The notes under the pieces were generated by a model that saw only the letters and a program-made list of their open reading frames with translations, did no database searches and was not told where the DNA came from. From the NCBI GenBank assembly GCA_051660865.1, contig JBOFQK010000135.1, forward strand, positions 43,019 through 67,018: a stretch of DNA of 24,000 bases, given 5' to 3'. Numbering within the stretch: position 1 is the stretch's first letter; every line of letters begins with the position of its first letter. A program made the position numbers and the translations under genes. This stretch comes from Culicoidibacterales bacterium. GTDB taxonomy: Bacteria; Bacillota_I; Bacilli_A; Culicoidibacterales; ZOR0006. Below are positions 12,219 to 20,683 of this stretch, piece after piece.

Positions 12219-13043
12219 ATGAAAAATAGAACAATTATTTCGCTAGATAAAATTAGTTTTAGTTACCAAAACCAAAAAAACTTTGAAAAGTTATCAATCC
12301 AAATTCAAGAGGGAGAATGGGTGGCGATTGTCGGGGCAAATGGTTCAGGAAAAACGACATTAGCCAAAATTTTAAGTGGGTTATTGACAATTGATTCAGG
12401 TAACTTTGAAATTATGGGTACAACAGTAACGTCAGACAATTTTATTGAGCTAAGACGCCAAGTTGGAATGGTATTTCAGAATCCAGATGATCAATTTGTT
12501 GGGGTAACAGTTCGTGATGATATTGCCTTTGGCTTAGAAAATCATCAGCTTTCACGAGAAGTGATGCTCGAAAGAATTGAAAAATATGCCAAAAAAATTG
12601 AAATTAGTGAATTTTTAGAACGGGAACCACATGCATTAAGTGGTGGGCAAAAACAACGTGTAGCGATTGCCAGTGTTTTAGCACTTGAACCACAAATTAT
12701 GATTTTCGATGAAGCGACATCAATGCTTGATCCTCATGCACGACACGAAGTGATGGATGTGATTCAAAACCTACATCAGAAAGAGCAGAAAACAATTTTG
12801 ACAATTACACATGATTTAGAAGAAGCAATTTTAGCGGATCGAATGATTATTTTACACCAAGGAGAAATTGTGGTTGATGGAAATCCGCTAGAAATTTTCG
12901 CAGATGAAAAACTAGATTTAACCAAATATCGTTTAAAACTACCATTCTATATTGCGTTAAGCCAAGCGTTAAAAAAAGCCGGGAAATTAACAGCGCTTTA
13001 TCATACAAAAGAAGGGTTGGTGACAGCATTATGCAACAAATAA
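12219..13043 (+). CDS. ecfA1: ECF transporter ATPase component A1
   Basis: Walker A GANGSGKTT, Q-loop MVFQNPDDQ, signature LSGGQKQRVAIA, Walker B IMIFDEAT, H-loop ITHD. Conserved position after rplQ. The MKNRTIISLDKISFSY start aligns with the Bacillus EcfA N-terminus, so the track start at 12192 is probably an extension. Confidence 0.92.
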   Translation: MKNRTIISLDKISFSYQNQKNFEKLSIQIQEGEWVAIVGANGSGKTTLAKILSGLLTIDSGNFEIMGTTVTSDNFIELRRQVGMVFQNPDDQFVGVTVRDDIAFGLENHQLSREVMLERIEKYAKKIEISEFLEREPHALSGGQKQRVAIASVLALEPQIMIFDEATSMLDPHARHEVMDVIQNLHQKEQKTILTITHDLEEAILADRMIILHQGEIVVDGNPLEIFADEKLDLTKYRLKLPFYIALSQALKKAGKLTALYHTKEGLVTALCNK

Positions 13044-13903
13044 AATTAACGAATGTTTCTTACACGTATAGTGATGGCTATAATCAAACGTCGGCATTAC
13101 AAGCGGTAGATTTAGTCATTGAACAAGGTGAGCGTTTGGCAATTGTAGGTCACACTGGAAGTGGGAAATCGACCCTGGTGCAACATCTAAATGCTTTACT
13201 CCAACCGACAGAGGGAGTGATTGAAGCGTTTGGTTTAACAATTACGGATAACCCTAAGCAAAATCGAAAGCTCGGCCTATCAATGCTTCGCCAAAAAGTC
13301 GGTCTTGTTTTTCAATACCCAGAATATCAGTTGTTTGCGGAAACAGTAGAAGAAGATATCATGTATGGTCCCTTGAATTTTGGAGCTAGTCGTGAAGCTG
13401 CCAAACAAAAAGCTCACGAAATGATGGAGCTAGTTGGATTGCCAATGGATTTAGCAAATCGTTATCCATTAGCACTCAGCGGTGGGCAAATGCGTCGAGT
13501 AGCAGTTGCTGGAATTTTAGCTATGGATCCCGATGTACTTGTTCTTGATGAGCCAACGGTTGGATTAGATCCCCAAGGACAGGACGAAATGATGGCGTTA
13601 TTTTTACAACTGCATGAACAACTCAATAAAACATTGATTATTGTGACTCACGATATGGATGTTGTTGCAAATTATGCACAACGATTAGTAGTAATGAAAT
13701 CACGAAAAAAAGTTTTTGATGGCAAGCCGAGTGATTTCTTTAAACAAGATGATTTAGTAGCAGAATGTAAGATGGAGTTACCACATACGGTCCAATTGGC
13801 CAATGCATTACGTGAAAAGGGCAAAAATCTCAGTGATAGTGGATTAACTTTTTCAGAATTAATTGAAAATTTAATTGAAATGGAGGGAATTATATGCGAC
13901 TAG
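13031..13903 (+). CDS. ecfA2: ECF transporter ATPase component A2
   Basis: Walker A GHTGSGKST, signature LSGGQMRRVAVA, Walker B VLVLDEPT, H-loop VTHD. 13-nt overlap with ecfA1. Confidence 0.93.
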   Translation: MQQIKLTNVSYTYSDGYNQTSALQAVDLVIEQGERLAIVGHTGSGKSTLVQHLNALLQPTEGVIEAFGLTITDNPKQNRKLGLSMLRQKVGLVFQYPEYQLFAETVEEDIMYGPLNFGASREAAKQKAHEMMELVGLPMDLANRYPLALSGGQMRRVAVAGILAMDPDVLVLDEPTVGLDPQGQDEMMALFLQLHEQLNKTLIIVTHDMDVVANYAQRLVVMKSRKKVFDGKPSDFFKQDDLVAECKMELPHTVQLANALREKGKNLSDSGLTFSELIENLIEMEGIICD

Positions 13904-14688
13904 CAATTGGAAACTATTTAGAAACTAGTTCAATCATTCATCGTTTAAATCCAATTGTTAAGCTCGTTATTTTCTTTACTTGGATGATTGCAATTTTTAT
14001 GGTCAAAAATTTAGCAATATATATAGGAATTATTGTTGGAATTCTTTGTTTGGTGCGTTTGACGAAATTGCCATTTAAACTCATTCTTAGTAGTGCTACG
14101 AGTTTAAAGTGGTTATTAGCAATTATGATTGTGTTTAATTTATTTTTTTATAAGCAAGGGACGTTACTATGGGAGTTTGGTGTTGTTCAAATTTATGATC
14201 AAGGAATTTATCAAGTAACTTTACTGACATTGCGTTTGATTAGTGTTGTGATGTTGGCGACAATGCTGACACTGACAACGAAGCCACTTGATTTAACGTT
14301 AGCAATTGAAAAGCTGCTATCACCATTTAAGCGCTTTATTCCGGTTGCTGACATTGCCCTGATGGTTTCAATTGCCATTCGGTTTATTCCGACTTTAATC
14401 GATGAAACTGATAAAATTATGAAAGCTCAAGCATCACGGGGAGCAAATATTGAGGAGGGGCCAATTTATCAACGAGTTAAACACCTATTGTCGATGTTAA
14501 TTCCGATGTTTGTTATTTCATTTAAACGAGCGGAAAACTTGGCAATTGCGATGGAGGCACGCGGTTATGTTGATGCGCAATCACGTACACGATTAACTCA
14601 GTTAACGTGGCATCGACTTGATACAATTGGACTCTTAATTGGTTTACTAGTAACGGGAGTACTTATAATGATTGGATGGTTAGGATAA
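13894..14688 (+). CDS. ecfT: ECF transporter transmembrane component T
   Basis: 264 aa, polytopic. Two coupling-helix Arg motifs, AIRFIPTLIDE and AMEARGY (CbiQ/EcfT family). 10-nt overlap with ecfA2. Confidence 0.92.
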   Translation: MRLAIGNYLETSSIIHRLNPIVKLVIFFTWMIAIFMVKNLAIYIGIIVGILCLVRLTKLPFKLILSSATSLKWLLAIMIVFNLFFYKQGTLLWEFGVVQIYDQGIYQVTLLTLRLISVVMLATMLTLTTKPLDLTLAIEKLLSPFKRFIPVADIALMVSIAIRFIPTLIDETDKIMKAQASRGANIEEGPIYQRVKHLLSMLIPMFVISFKRAENLAIAMEARGYVDAQSRTRLTQLTWHRLDTIGLLIGLLVTGVLIMIGWLG

Positions 14689-15446
14689 TGGAATTGAAAC
14701 AACGTTTAAAATGTATTGTTGCCTATGATGGTTCGGCATTTGCTGGTTATCAACGGCAACCGAAAGATCGAACGGTACAAGGAGAAATTGAACAAGCAAT
14801 TAGTCGAATTATGAAACGCCCAGTTGTTATCCACGCAAGTGGACGTACTGATGCTGGTGTGCACGCACATGGACAAGTGTTTCATTTTGATAGTCACATC
14901 GTTATTCCGGCTCAAAGATGGGCAAAGGCGATTAATAAATTGTTGCCACCAGATATTTATATTCGTAATGTTGAAGAGGTCCCAATAGATGATTATCAAT
15001 TTCATGCACGTTTCAGCGCTCGTGAGAAAGAATATCGCTATCGCTTAAAAACAATTCCTCCTTATGAATATAATCCTTGTGAGCGCCGGTATGTAACGTT
15101 TGTTTATCATGAATTAGACCTTGAGGTTATGCGTGAAGCAACAAAAATTTTCATCGGTACACATGATTTCCGTACATTTGCAGCAAATCCGGCAGGGCAT
15201 GATTGTGTTCGGACAATTAGTAAAATTGAAATTAACGATTCAAAAGATGGCCTAGAATTTATTTTTGTTGGAAATGGCTTTTTACGTTATATGGTTCGCT
15301 CAATCGTCGGAACTATTTTGGAGGCTGGAAGACACCGTCTAACATTAGAACAAGTACATGGGTTATTAGCAGCACGTGAACGCAAACAGTGTCGTTGGAC
15401 TGCACCTGCTCAAGGCTTGACACTTTGGGAAGTAACTTATCGTTAA
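14688..15446 (+). CDS. truA: tRNA pseudouridine(38-40) synthase TruA
   Basis: Catalytic motif SGRTDAGVHA and an N-terminus of the form LKCIVAYDGSAFAGYQRQ. Start chosen at the TAATG overlap with the ecfT stop. The alternative ATG 14676 would add 4 aa. Confidence 0.9.
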   Translation: MELKQRLKCIVAYDGSAFAGYQRQPKDRTVQGEIEQAISRIMKRPVVIHASGRTDAGVHAHGQVFHFDSHIVIPAQRWAKAINKLLPPDIYIRNVEEVPIDDYQFHARFSAREKEYRYRLKTIPPYEYNPCERRYVTFVYHELDLEVMREATKIFIGTHDFRTFAANPAGHDCVRTISKIEINDSKDGLEFIFVGNGFLRYMVRSIVGTILEAGRHRLTLEQVHGLLAARERKQCRWTAPAQGLTLWEVTYR

Positions 15447-15470
15447 ACTCAATTTTTAATATGAACGCAG

Positions 15471-15499
15471 TTGACATTAAGCGCTAAAAAAGGTAAAAT
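15471..15499 (+). promoter_or_regulatory. Sigma-A type promoter for rplM-rpsI
   Basis: TTGACA (15471-15476), an exact 17-nt spacer, then TAAAAT (15494-15499). Confidence 0.8.
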
Positions 15500-15505
15500 A
15501 TCACT

Positions 15506-15574
15506 TGGATTTGTTCTTTTTCACGTTCGCTAGCCCCGGATAAAAGAAGAATAATTATCTTAGGAGGAATGAAT
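15506..15574 (+). promoter_or_regulatory. rplM 5' leader, candidate L13 autoregulatory leader RNA
   Basis: About 65-nt leader between the predicted TSS and the rplM ATG. TTCTTTT (15514-15520) can pair with AAAAGAA (15542-15548), enclosing a GC-rich loop CACGTTCGCTAGCCCCGGAT. Firmicute rplM genes are known to carry an L13 leader. The assignment rests on position only. Confidence 0.4.
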
Positions 15575-16024
15575 ATGCGCACTACTTTCATGGCGAAATC
15601 AACAGATGTAGAACGTCAATGGTACGTAATTGACGCAGAAGGAAAGACATTAGGTCGTTTAGCTTCTGAAGCTGCAGCGTTATTACGCGGTAAGCACAAA
15701 GTAACATTTACACCACACGTTGACTGCGGTGATAACGTAATTATTATCAATGCAGATAAAATCGTTTTAACAGGAAACAAATTAAACGGGAAACCAAACG
15801 GTAAAAACTACCACAATGCAAGTGGACACATTGGGGGATTACGTACTCGTACGGCTGCCACTATGTTAGACAAATATCCAACAGAAATGTTAGAGATTGC
15901 TATCAAAGGGATGTTACCAAAAACTCGTTTAGGACGTCAAATGTTCAAAAAATTATTTGTTTATGCAGGTCCTGAACACAAGCATACTGCACAACAACCA
16001 ACTGCGTACGAATTACGCGGTTAA
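15575..16024 (+). CDS. rplM: 50S ribosomal protein L13
   Basis: [31 protein letters not shown] matches the L13 N-terminus. AGGAGG at 15562-15567 fits ATG 15575 better than the track start at 15569. Confidence 0.95.
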   Translation: MRTTFMAKSTDVERQWYVIDAEGKTLGRLASEAAALLRGKHKVTFTPHVDCGDNVIIINADKIVLTGNKLNGKPNGKNYHNASGHIGGLRTRTAATMLDKYPTEMLEIAIKGMLPKTRLGRQMFKKLFVYAGPEHKHTAQQPTAYELRG

Positions 16025-16049
16025 TTAACAACAGAAGGAGGAAATACAG

Positions 16050-16442
16050 ATGGCTCAAGTTCAATACTGGGGAACAGGACGTCGTAAAAGCTCAACAGCT
16101 CGCGTTCGTTTAGTTCAAGGAAGCGGAAACGTTACAATTAACGGAAAAAGCATGCAAGAATATTTACCATTAGAAACATTACGTGTAATCGTAAAATTAC
16201 CTTTAGTTGTTACTGAAACTGAAGGAAAATTCGACGTTATCGTAAACGTTAATGGTGGTGGATACACTGGTCAAGCTGGTGCAATTCGTTTAGGAATCGC
16301 ACGTGCTTTATTAGAAGTAAACGCAGATTTACGTCCAGCTTTAAAAGCTGCAGGATTCTTAACACGTGATGCACGTATGAAAGAACGTAAAAAACCAGGA
16401 CTTAAAGGTGCACGTCGTGCTCCACAGTTCTCAAAACGTTAA
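16050..16442 (+). CDS. rpsI: 30S ribosomal protein S9
   Basis: 130 aa with [14 protein letters not shown]...[19 protein letters not shown]...[18 protein letters not shown], typical of S9. Confidence 0.97.
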   Translation: MAQVQYWGTGRRKSSTARVRLVQGSGNVTINGKSMQEYLPLETLRVIVKLPLVVTETEGKFDVIVNVNGGGYTGQAGAIRLGIARALLEVNADLRPALKAAGFLTRDARMKERKKPGLKGARRAPQFSKR

Positions 16443-16461
16443 TCTTTATTATCGTTTTATC

Positions 16462-16490
16462 AAAGCATACCTTCGGGTATGCTTTTTTTT
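16462..16490 (+). terminator. Intrinsic terminator after rpsI
   Basis: AAAGCATACC, a TTCG tetraloop and GGTATGCTTT form a perfect 10-bp stem. The right arm runs into an 8-T tract (16483-16490). Confidence 0.9.
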
Positions 16491-16603
16491 ATATCTAATT
16501 ATTGAAATAAAATATTGGATGTACAACTAAAAATAAAGATATAACAAAATCACCGATAGAGCGAATAAAACTTGAAAGCAGGAATAATAATCTGCTTTTT
16601 TTG

Positions 16604-16632
16604 TTTACAATTGTAGACATTAGTGTTATTAT
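16604..16632 (+). promoter_or_regulatory. copY-copA promoter
   Basis: TTTACA (16604-16609), 17-nt spacer, then TGT-TATTAT (extended -10, 16624-16632). Confidence 0.75.
16606..16615 (+). promoter_or_regulatory. cop box 1 (CopY operator, TACAnnTGTA)
   Basis: TACAATTGTA overlapping the -35 hexamer. The extended form TACAATTGTAGAC is repeated 40 nt downstream with one mismatch. Confidence 0.85.
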
Positions 16633-16645
16633 TAACTTGCAAGAC

Positions 16646-16655
16646 TACAAGTGTA
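16646..16655 (+). promoter_or_regulatory. cop box 2 (CopY operator, TACAnnTGTA)
   Basis: TACAAGTGTA(GAC), about 14 nt downstream of the -10 and so covering the early transcribed region. Confidence 0.85.
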
Positions 16656-16691
16656 GACCGGAAAAGGTTAGTATGTATCGGAGGAATAATT

Positions 16692-17120
16692 ATGAAAATT
16701 TCTAATGCTGAATGGCAAGTAATGAAAGTAATATGGGCAAAAGGTGAAGTGACGAGTCGTGAGATTATAGAGACAGTAGCAACAAAATTTGAGTGGACAC
16801 CATCGACAGTCAAAACATTATTGAGTCGTTTAGTCGAAAAACAGTGTATCACGACAAAAAAAGTTGGCAATAAATTTCATTATTCATCTCGTTTTACTGA
16901 AGCCGAGAGTATCGAAGAAATAATTCGTGAAGTAAATGAAAAAATGTGTGCGGTGAAGTTACCGAATGTGATTGCTGATTTGATAACACAAAGCGAATTT
17001 ACGGCTGATGATTTAGAACGGCTCGAAGCGATTATTCACTTAAAACGTCAAGAAGTCGTTGAATGTATTACTTGTAATTGTTTAGTTTGTGATTGTGAAT
17101 CATGTGAATGTCAAAAATAA
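16692..17120 (+). CDS. copY: CopY/TcrY-family copper-responsive transcriptional repressor
   Basis: 142 aa. BlaI/MecI/CopY-type winged-helix N-terminus (MKISNAEWQVMKVIWAKGEVTSREI...STVKTLLSRLVEK). Cys-rich C-terminal metal-binding tail. cop boxes upstream and copA downstream. RBS GGAGGA 7 nt upstream. The track ORF from 16623 runs through the promoter and operator. Confidence 0.9.
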   Translation: MKISNAEWQVMKVIWAKGEVTSREIIETVATKFEWTPSTVKTLLSRLVEKQCITTKKVGNKFHYSSRFTEAESIEEIIREVNEKMCAVKLPNVIADLITQSEFTADDLERLEAIIHLKRQEVVECITCNCLVCDCESCECQK

Positions 17121-17141
17121 AAGTAAAGGAGTTGATAGAAA

Positions 17142-19619
17142 ATGAAACAGGTGATTTATCCAATTGAAGGAATGAACTGTGCATCATGTGCACAAAAAAT
17201 TGAGCAAAGTATCAAAAAATTACCAGGGACTCAAGAAGTTTCCGTAAATATAGCCACTGAAAAAATGAAAGTTATTTACGATGAGACAAGTTTATCGGAA
17301 GTAGCAATTATCCAAGCTGTCATCGATGCCGGTTATGGTGTTGTTATTCAGACCAAAAAAAACACGTTTGAAATTAACGGAATGAATTGTGCGTCATGTG
17401 CTCAAAAAATAGAAAACGATCTAGGAAAGTTAGCCGGTGTTAAGGAAGTAACGGTGAATTTTGCCACTGAGAAAATGTATGTAACGTATGAAGAAAAGAT
17501 TGTGAGTACAGAAAAAATCATGCAAACTGTTCAACAGTTAGGATACGATATTAAAATTGAAACTAGCAATCAAGTTGAAATAAATGAAGGCGTGGACAAG
17601 CGAGAGACCCAAGTAAAGGCGTTATGGCAACGTTTTATGTGGTCAGCAATTTTTACATTGCCATTATTGTATATTGCTATGGGACCAATGCTCCCATTTG
17701 GTGGCTTGCCATTGCCACAGTTTTTAGATCCTGTCGAACATTCAGCGATGTTTGCAGTGACACAGCTATGTTTAACGATTCCTGTCGTGTATATTGGACG
17801 CTCATTTTATCGAATCGGATTTAAAGCATTATTTAAAGGATACCCAAATATGGATTCATTAATTGCAATTGGAACGACAGCTGCAATTGCACAAGGGATT
17901 GTAATGACGTATTTGTTGGTGACTAATGGAGTAACTGTTCATCATGGACATCCAGAACTATACTTTGAATCAGCTGCGGTTATTTTGACATTGATTACAC
18001 TTGGGAAATACTTAGAAGCCGTTTCAAAAGGTAAAACATCTGAGGCAATAAAAAAACTGATGGGATTAGCACCGAAAACAGCCCGTGTCTTACGAGATGG
18101 AATCGAACAAGAAGTGTTGATTGAAACGGTTGTTACTGGAGATCAAATTATTGTTCGTCCAGGTGAAAAAATTCCAGTTGATGGTATTATTACTCACGGT
18201 AGTTCAGCAGTTGATGAAGCGATGATTACTGGGGAAAGTATTCCAGTCGAAAAACAAGTTGGCGATCAAGTGATTGGTGCCAGTATGAATAAAACAGGAA
18301 CTTTTCGTTTTGAGGCAACAAAAGTTGGGAAAGATACAACCTTAGCTCAAATTATTCAATTAGTTGAGAACGCACAAGGTTCTAAAGCACCAATTGCAAA
18401 ACTTGCGGATAAAGTATCAGGTGTTTTTGTGCCAATCGTTATTAGTTTAGCAATACTATCCGGAGTTTTTTGGTACTTTTTAGGTCAAGAATCATGGATT
18501 TTCGCACTATCAATGACAATTTCAGTCTTAGTTATTGCTTGTCCATGTGCACTTGGTTTGGCGACACCAACAGCAATTATGGTTGGTACAGGAAAAGGTG
18601 CTGAAAATGGTGTGCTCATCAAAAGCGGTGAAGCATTAGAACAGGCTCAGAAAATTCAGGTAATTGTTTTTGATAAAACAGGGACTATTACTGAAGGCAA
18701 GCCAGTAGTAACTGATATTTTAGTGTATAACGGCTATAGTGAGATGCAAGTATTAGAAATAGCTGCTTCTGCGGAAACTGGATCAGAACATCCGCTTGGT
18801 GAAGCAATTGTTGAAGAAGCGTCAAAACGCAATATTATGCTTCAAGAAGCAACGGATTTTGATGCTATTCCTGGACGGGGAATTTATGTCATGGTTGGCC
18901 AAGTTAAAGTTTTACTTGGGAATGAAAAATTGATGATTGAAAATCAAGTTGAAACGCGAACTACCCAAGCAGTTGTCCAACGCTTGGCGAATGAAGGTAA
19001 AACACCGATGTATATCTCAGCAGATGGAATAATCGTGGGTATAATTGCTGTAGCTGATACGATAAAAGTAAATAGCATTGCTGCAATTGAAAAACTTCAT
19101 CAAATGGGGATTCAAGTGGCAATGATTACAGGTGATAATACAAGGACGGCACAAGCAATTGCGCAACAAGTCGGGATTGATCGTGTATTTAGTGAAGTAT
19201 TGCCTGAAGATAAAGCTAACGAAGTGAAACGATTACAAGCAGAAGGGCTCCGTGTAGCAATGGTCGGTGATGGAATTAATGATGCACCTGCATTAGCACA
19301 AGCAAATATCGGAATTGCGATAGGGTCAGGAACTGACATTGCAATTGAATCAGCAGATATTGTGTTAATGCGAAGTGACTTAATGGATGTACCAACGGCT
19401 ATTGAATTAAGTAGAGCAACGATGAAAAATATTAAACAAAACTTATTTTGGGCGTTTGCATACAATGTTATTGGTATTCCGGTTGCGATGGGAGTGCTAT
19501 ATATATTTGGTGGACCGCTACTTAATCCAATGCTTGCGGGAGCAGCAATGAGTTTAAGTTCGGTGTCAGTATTGCTAAATGCATTAAGATTAAAAAAATT
19601 TAAAACATACAAAAAATAA
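17142..19619 (+). CDS. copA: Cu(I)-exporting P1B-type ATPase
   Basis: 825 aa. Two N-terminal HMA domains (GMNCASC twice). TGES actuator motif, CPC in TM6 ([12 protein letters not shown]), phosphorylation site DKTGTIT, SEHPL and GDGINDAP. Confidence 0.95.
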   Translation: MKQVIYPIEGMNCASCAQKIEQSIKKLPGTQEVSVNIATEKMKVIYDETSLSEVAIIQAVIDAGYGVVIQTKKNTFEINGMNCASCAQKIENDLGKLAGVKEVTVNFATEKMYVTYEEKIVSTEKIMQTVQQLGYDIKIETSNQVEINEGVDKRETQVKALWQRFMWSAIFTLPLLYIAMGPMLPFGGLPLPQFLDPVEHSAMFAVTQLCLTIPVVYIGRSFYRIGFKALFKGYPNMDSLIAIGTTAAIAQGIVMTYLLVTNGVTVHHGHPELYFESAAVILTLITLGKYLEAVSKGKTSEAIKKLMGLAPKTARVLRDGIEQEVLIETVVTGDQIIVRPGEKIPVDGIITHGSSAVDEAMITGESIPVEKQVGDQVIGASMNKTGTFRFEATKVGKDTTLAQIIQLVENAQGSKAPIAKLADKVSGVFVPIVISLAILSGVFWYFLGQESWIFALSMTISVLVIACPCALGLATPTAIMVGTGKGAENGVLIKSGEALEQAQKIQVIVFDKTGTITEGKPVVTDILVYNGYSEMQVLEIAASAETGSEHPLGEAIVEEASKRNIMLQEATDFDAIPGRGIYVMVGQVKVLLGNEKLMIENQVETRTTQAVVQRLANEGKTPMYISADGIIVGIIAVADTIKVNSIAAIEKLHQMGIQVAMITGDNTRTAQAIAQQVGIDRVFSEVLPEDKANEVKRLQAEGLRVAMVGDGINDAPALAQANIGIAIGSGTDIAIESADIVLMRSDLMDVPTAIELSRATMKNIKQNLFWAFAYNVIGIPVAMGVLYIFGGPLLNPMLAGAAMSLSSVSVLLNALRLKKFKTYKK

Positions 19620-19621
19620 TA

Positions 19622-19666
19622 AAAGGTCGTAAGCTATACCAATCTTGGTTGCTTACGACCTTTTTT
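19622..19666 (+). terminator. Intrinsic terminator after copA
   Basis: GGTCGTAAGC (19625-19634) pairs with GCTTACGACC (19651-19660), with an inner ACCAA/TTGGT pairing. TTTTTT follows at 19661-19666. Confidence 0.9.
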
Positions 19667-19843
19667 GTTGAAAAATAAAGTATTTATCAAAACCATAACA
19701 AGAAAAAAACAATTTAAGCAAATGATGACAAACACCCCTGATAAAAAATATTTATTAATGAAAAAGAACTTTGATTTTACGAGGTATTGATTAATCTGTA
19801 AAAAATAATTAGTACAATAATTATGTCATAAGGAGGAAGAAAA

Positions 19844-20683
19844 ATGAATAAATCAATGACACAATCGCAAAAATTAATGGTATTTGTTTTGAGTATGTCT
19901 TTATATGGGTTAGCAACGCTGTTTACAGAGTTAATTCCATCATTTCAACTAGGAATTGTGGAGTTTTCAGTCGAGTACTTTATTTTCATTCCGATTGCAT
20001 TAGCAATTTTATTTGATCCATTATCTGCTGCACTCGGGGCAGCAACTGGTGAAATTATTTTTAGTGAAATTATGCTTGGCCAATTTGGTGGTCTTGGGGA
20101 GTTAGAAAAATTTATTACGATTACAATTGCCATTTACCTTGCAGGGCGATTAGTACGTGATCCTAAAAATGTCAAAAATGTAGCGATGGTCGCTTTATTG
20201 GCAGTTGCAATTCAACAGTTAATGGGGGCAACAGTTGATATTTTAAAAGTACAGTTTGCAATTGAGGGATTTGAGGCAGTACCGGGATTACCAGAATCTG
20301 TATTCTTAACGGAAGGTTTCGCTTGTTTGAATGATATCTTATTTTCAGGAGTGCTCTTTTCAATGATACCGTCAGCTTACCTTGTACCACGATTATACGG
20401 CAAAATTGAACCGTTGCTAGGTGTTAGGCCGAGAAATCGAGAAACTCAAATAAGCGCAGTTAAGCTCTCACCAAAATTGATTGGAATTTGTCTTGTTGCG
20501 TTTATTATTGCAATTGGTGGTGAATTCTTATCAGAAACAGGGATAGCGTTGATTGAATGGGAAGCTAGCTTTGCGGAAAGTGGAATTTCAATTGTTATGA
20601 GTATGTTATTAGCAATTGTTATTATCGGAGCAATAATTATTAAATTAAAGAAACGTCAACTAGTAGAGGTGGCGTATGATTAA
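19844..20683 (+). CDS. Polytopic membrane protein of unassigned family, candidate substrate-capture (S) component of a dedicated ECF transporter
   Basis: 279 aa with about 8 hydrophobic segments and a strong RBS AAGGAGGA. 8-nt overlap with the downstream fused ECF ATPase. The role is inferred from operon position (S-AA-T) and hydrophobicity, not from a recognised motif. Confidence 0.55.
   Translation: MNKSMTQSQKLMVFVLSMSLYGLATLFTELIPSFQLGIVEFSVEYFIFIPIALAILFDPLSAALGAATGEIIFSEIMLGQFGGLGELEKFITITIAIYLAGRLVRDPKNVKNVAMVALLAVAIQQLMGATVDILKVQFAIEGFEAVPGLPESVFLTEGFACLNDILFSGVLFSMIPSAYLVPRLYGKIEPLLGVRPRNRETQISAVKLSPKLIGICLVAFIIAIGGEFLSETGIALIEWEASFAESGISIVMSMLLAIVIIGAIIIKLKKRQLVEVAYD

Noticed and set aside
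15780-15830. Short insertion in L13 (LNGKPNGKN) relative to the Bacillus and E. coli sequences I recall.
   Set aside because: It is a 3-4 aa difference in a surface loop, recalled from memory alignments only. Nothing suggests functional significance.
16550-16870. 106-aa minus-strand ORF spanning the cop promoter/operator and the 5' half of copY.
   Set aside because: It runs antisense through a well-supported copY gene and its operator, and has no RBS. The cop boxes and promoter explain this DNA better.
19112-19612. 166-aa minus-strand ORF inside copA, and the 66-aa + strand alternate-frame ORF at 17624-17824.
   Set aside because: Both overlap the conserved ATPase core of copA. The translations are low-complexity (Ala/Ile/Ser-rich) and no start signals are present. 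They are shadow ORFs.
19668-19843. Searched the region upstream of the second ECF operon for a riboswitch, T-box, or Fur/Zur-type operator. Noted the AATAATT-agtac-AATAATT direct repeat (19804-19822) and a TACAAT -10 candidate (19813-19818).
   Set aside because: The region is AT-rich with no GC-containing helices or conserved riboswitch cores. The best -35 candidate for TACAAT is poor (TTAATC, 16-nt spacer; TTGATT would need a 20-nt spacer). The short repeat is too low in complexity to call an operator. A promoter surely lies here, but I cannot place it confidently.
19945-20390. Two minus-strand ORFs (19945-20133 and 20172-20390) and others at 21259-21474 and 22248-22442, all inside the second ECF operon.
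   Set aside because: They are antisense to coding sequence with clear ABC/EcfT motifs or strong hydrophobic periodicity on the + strand. No translation signals are present.
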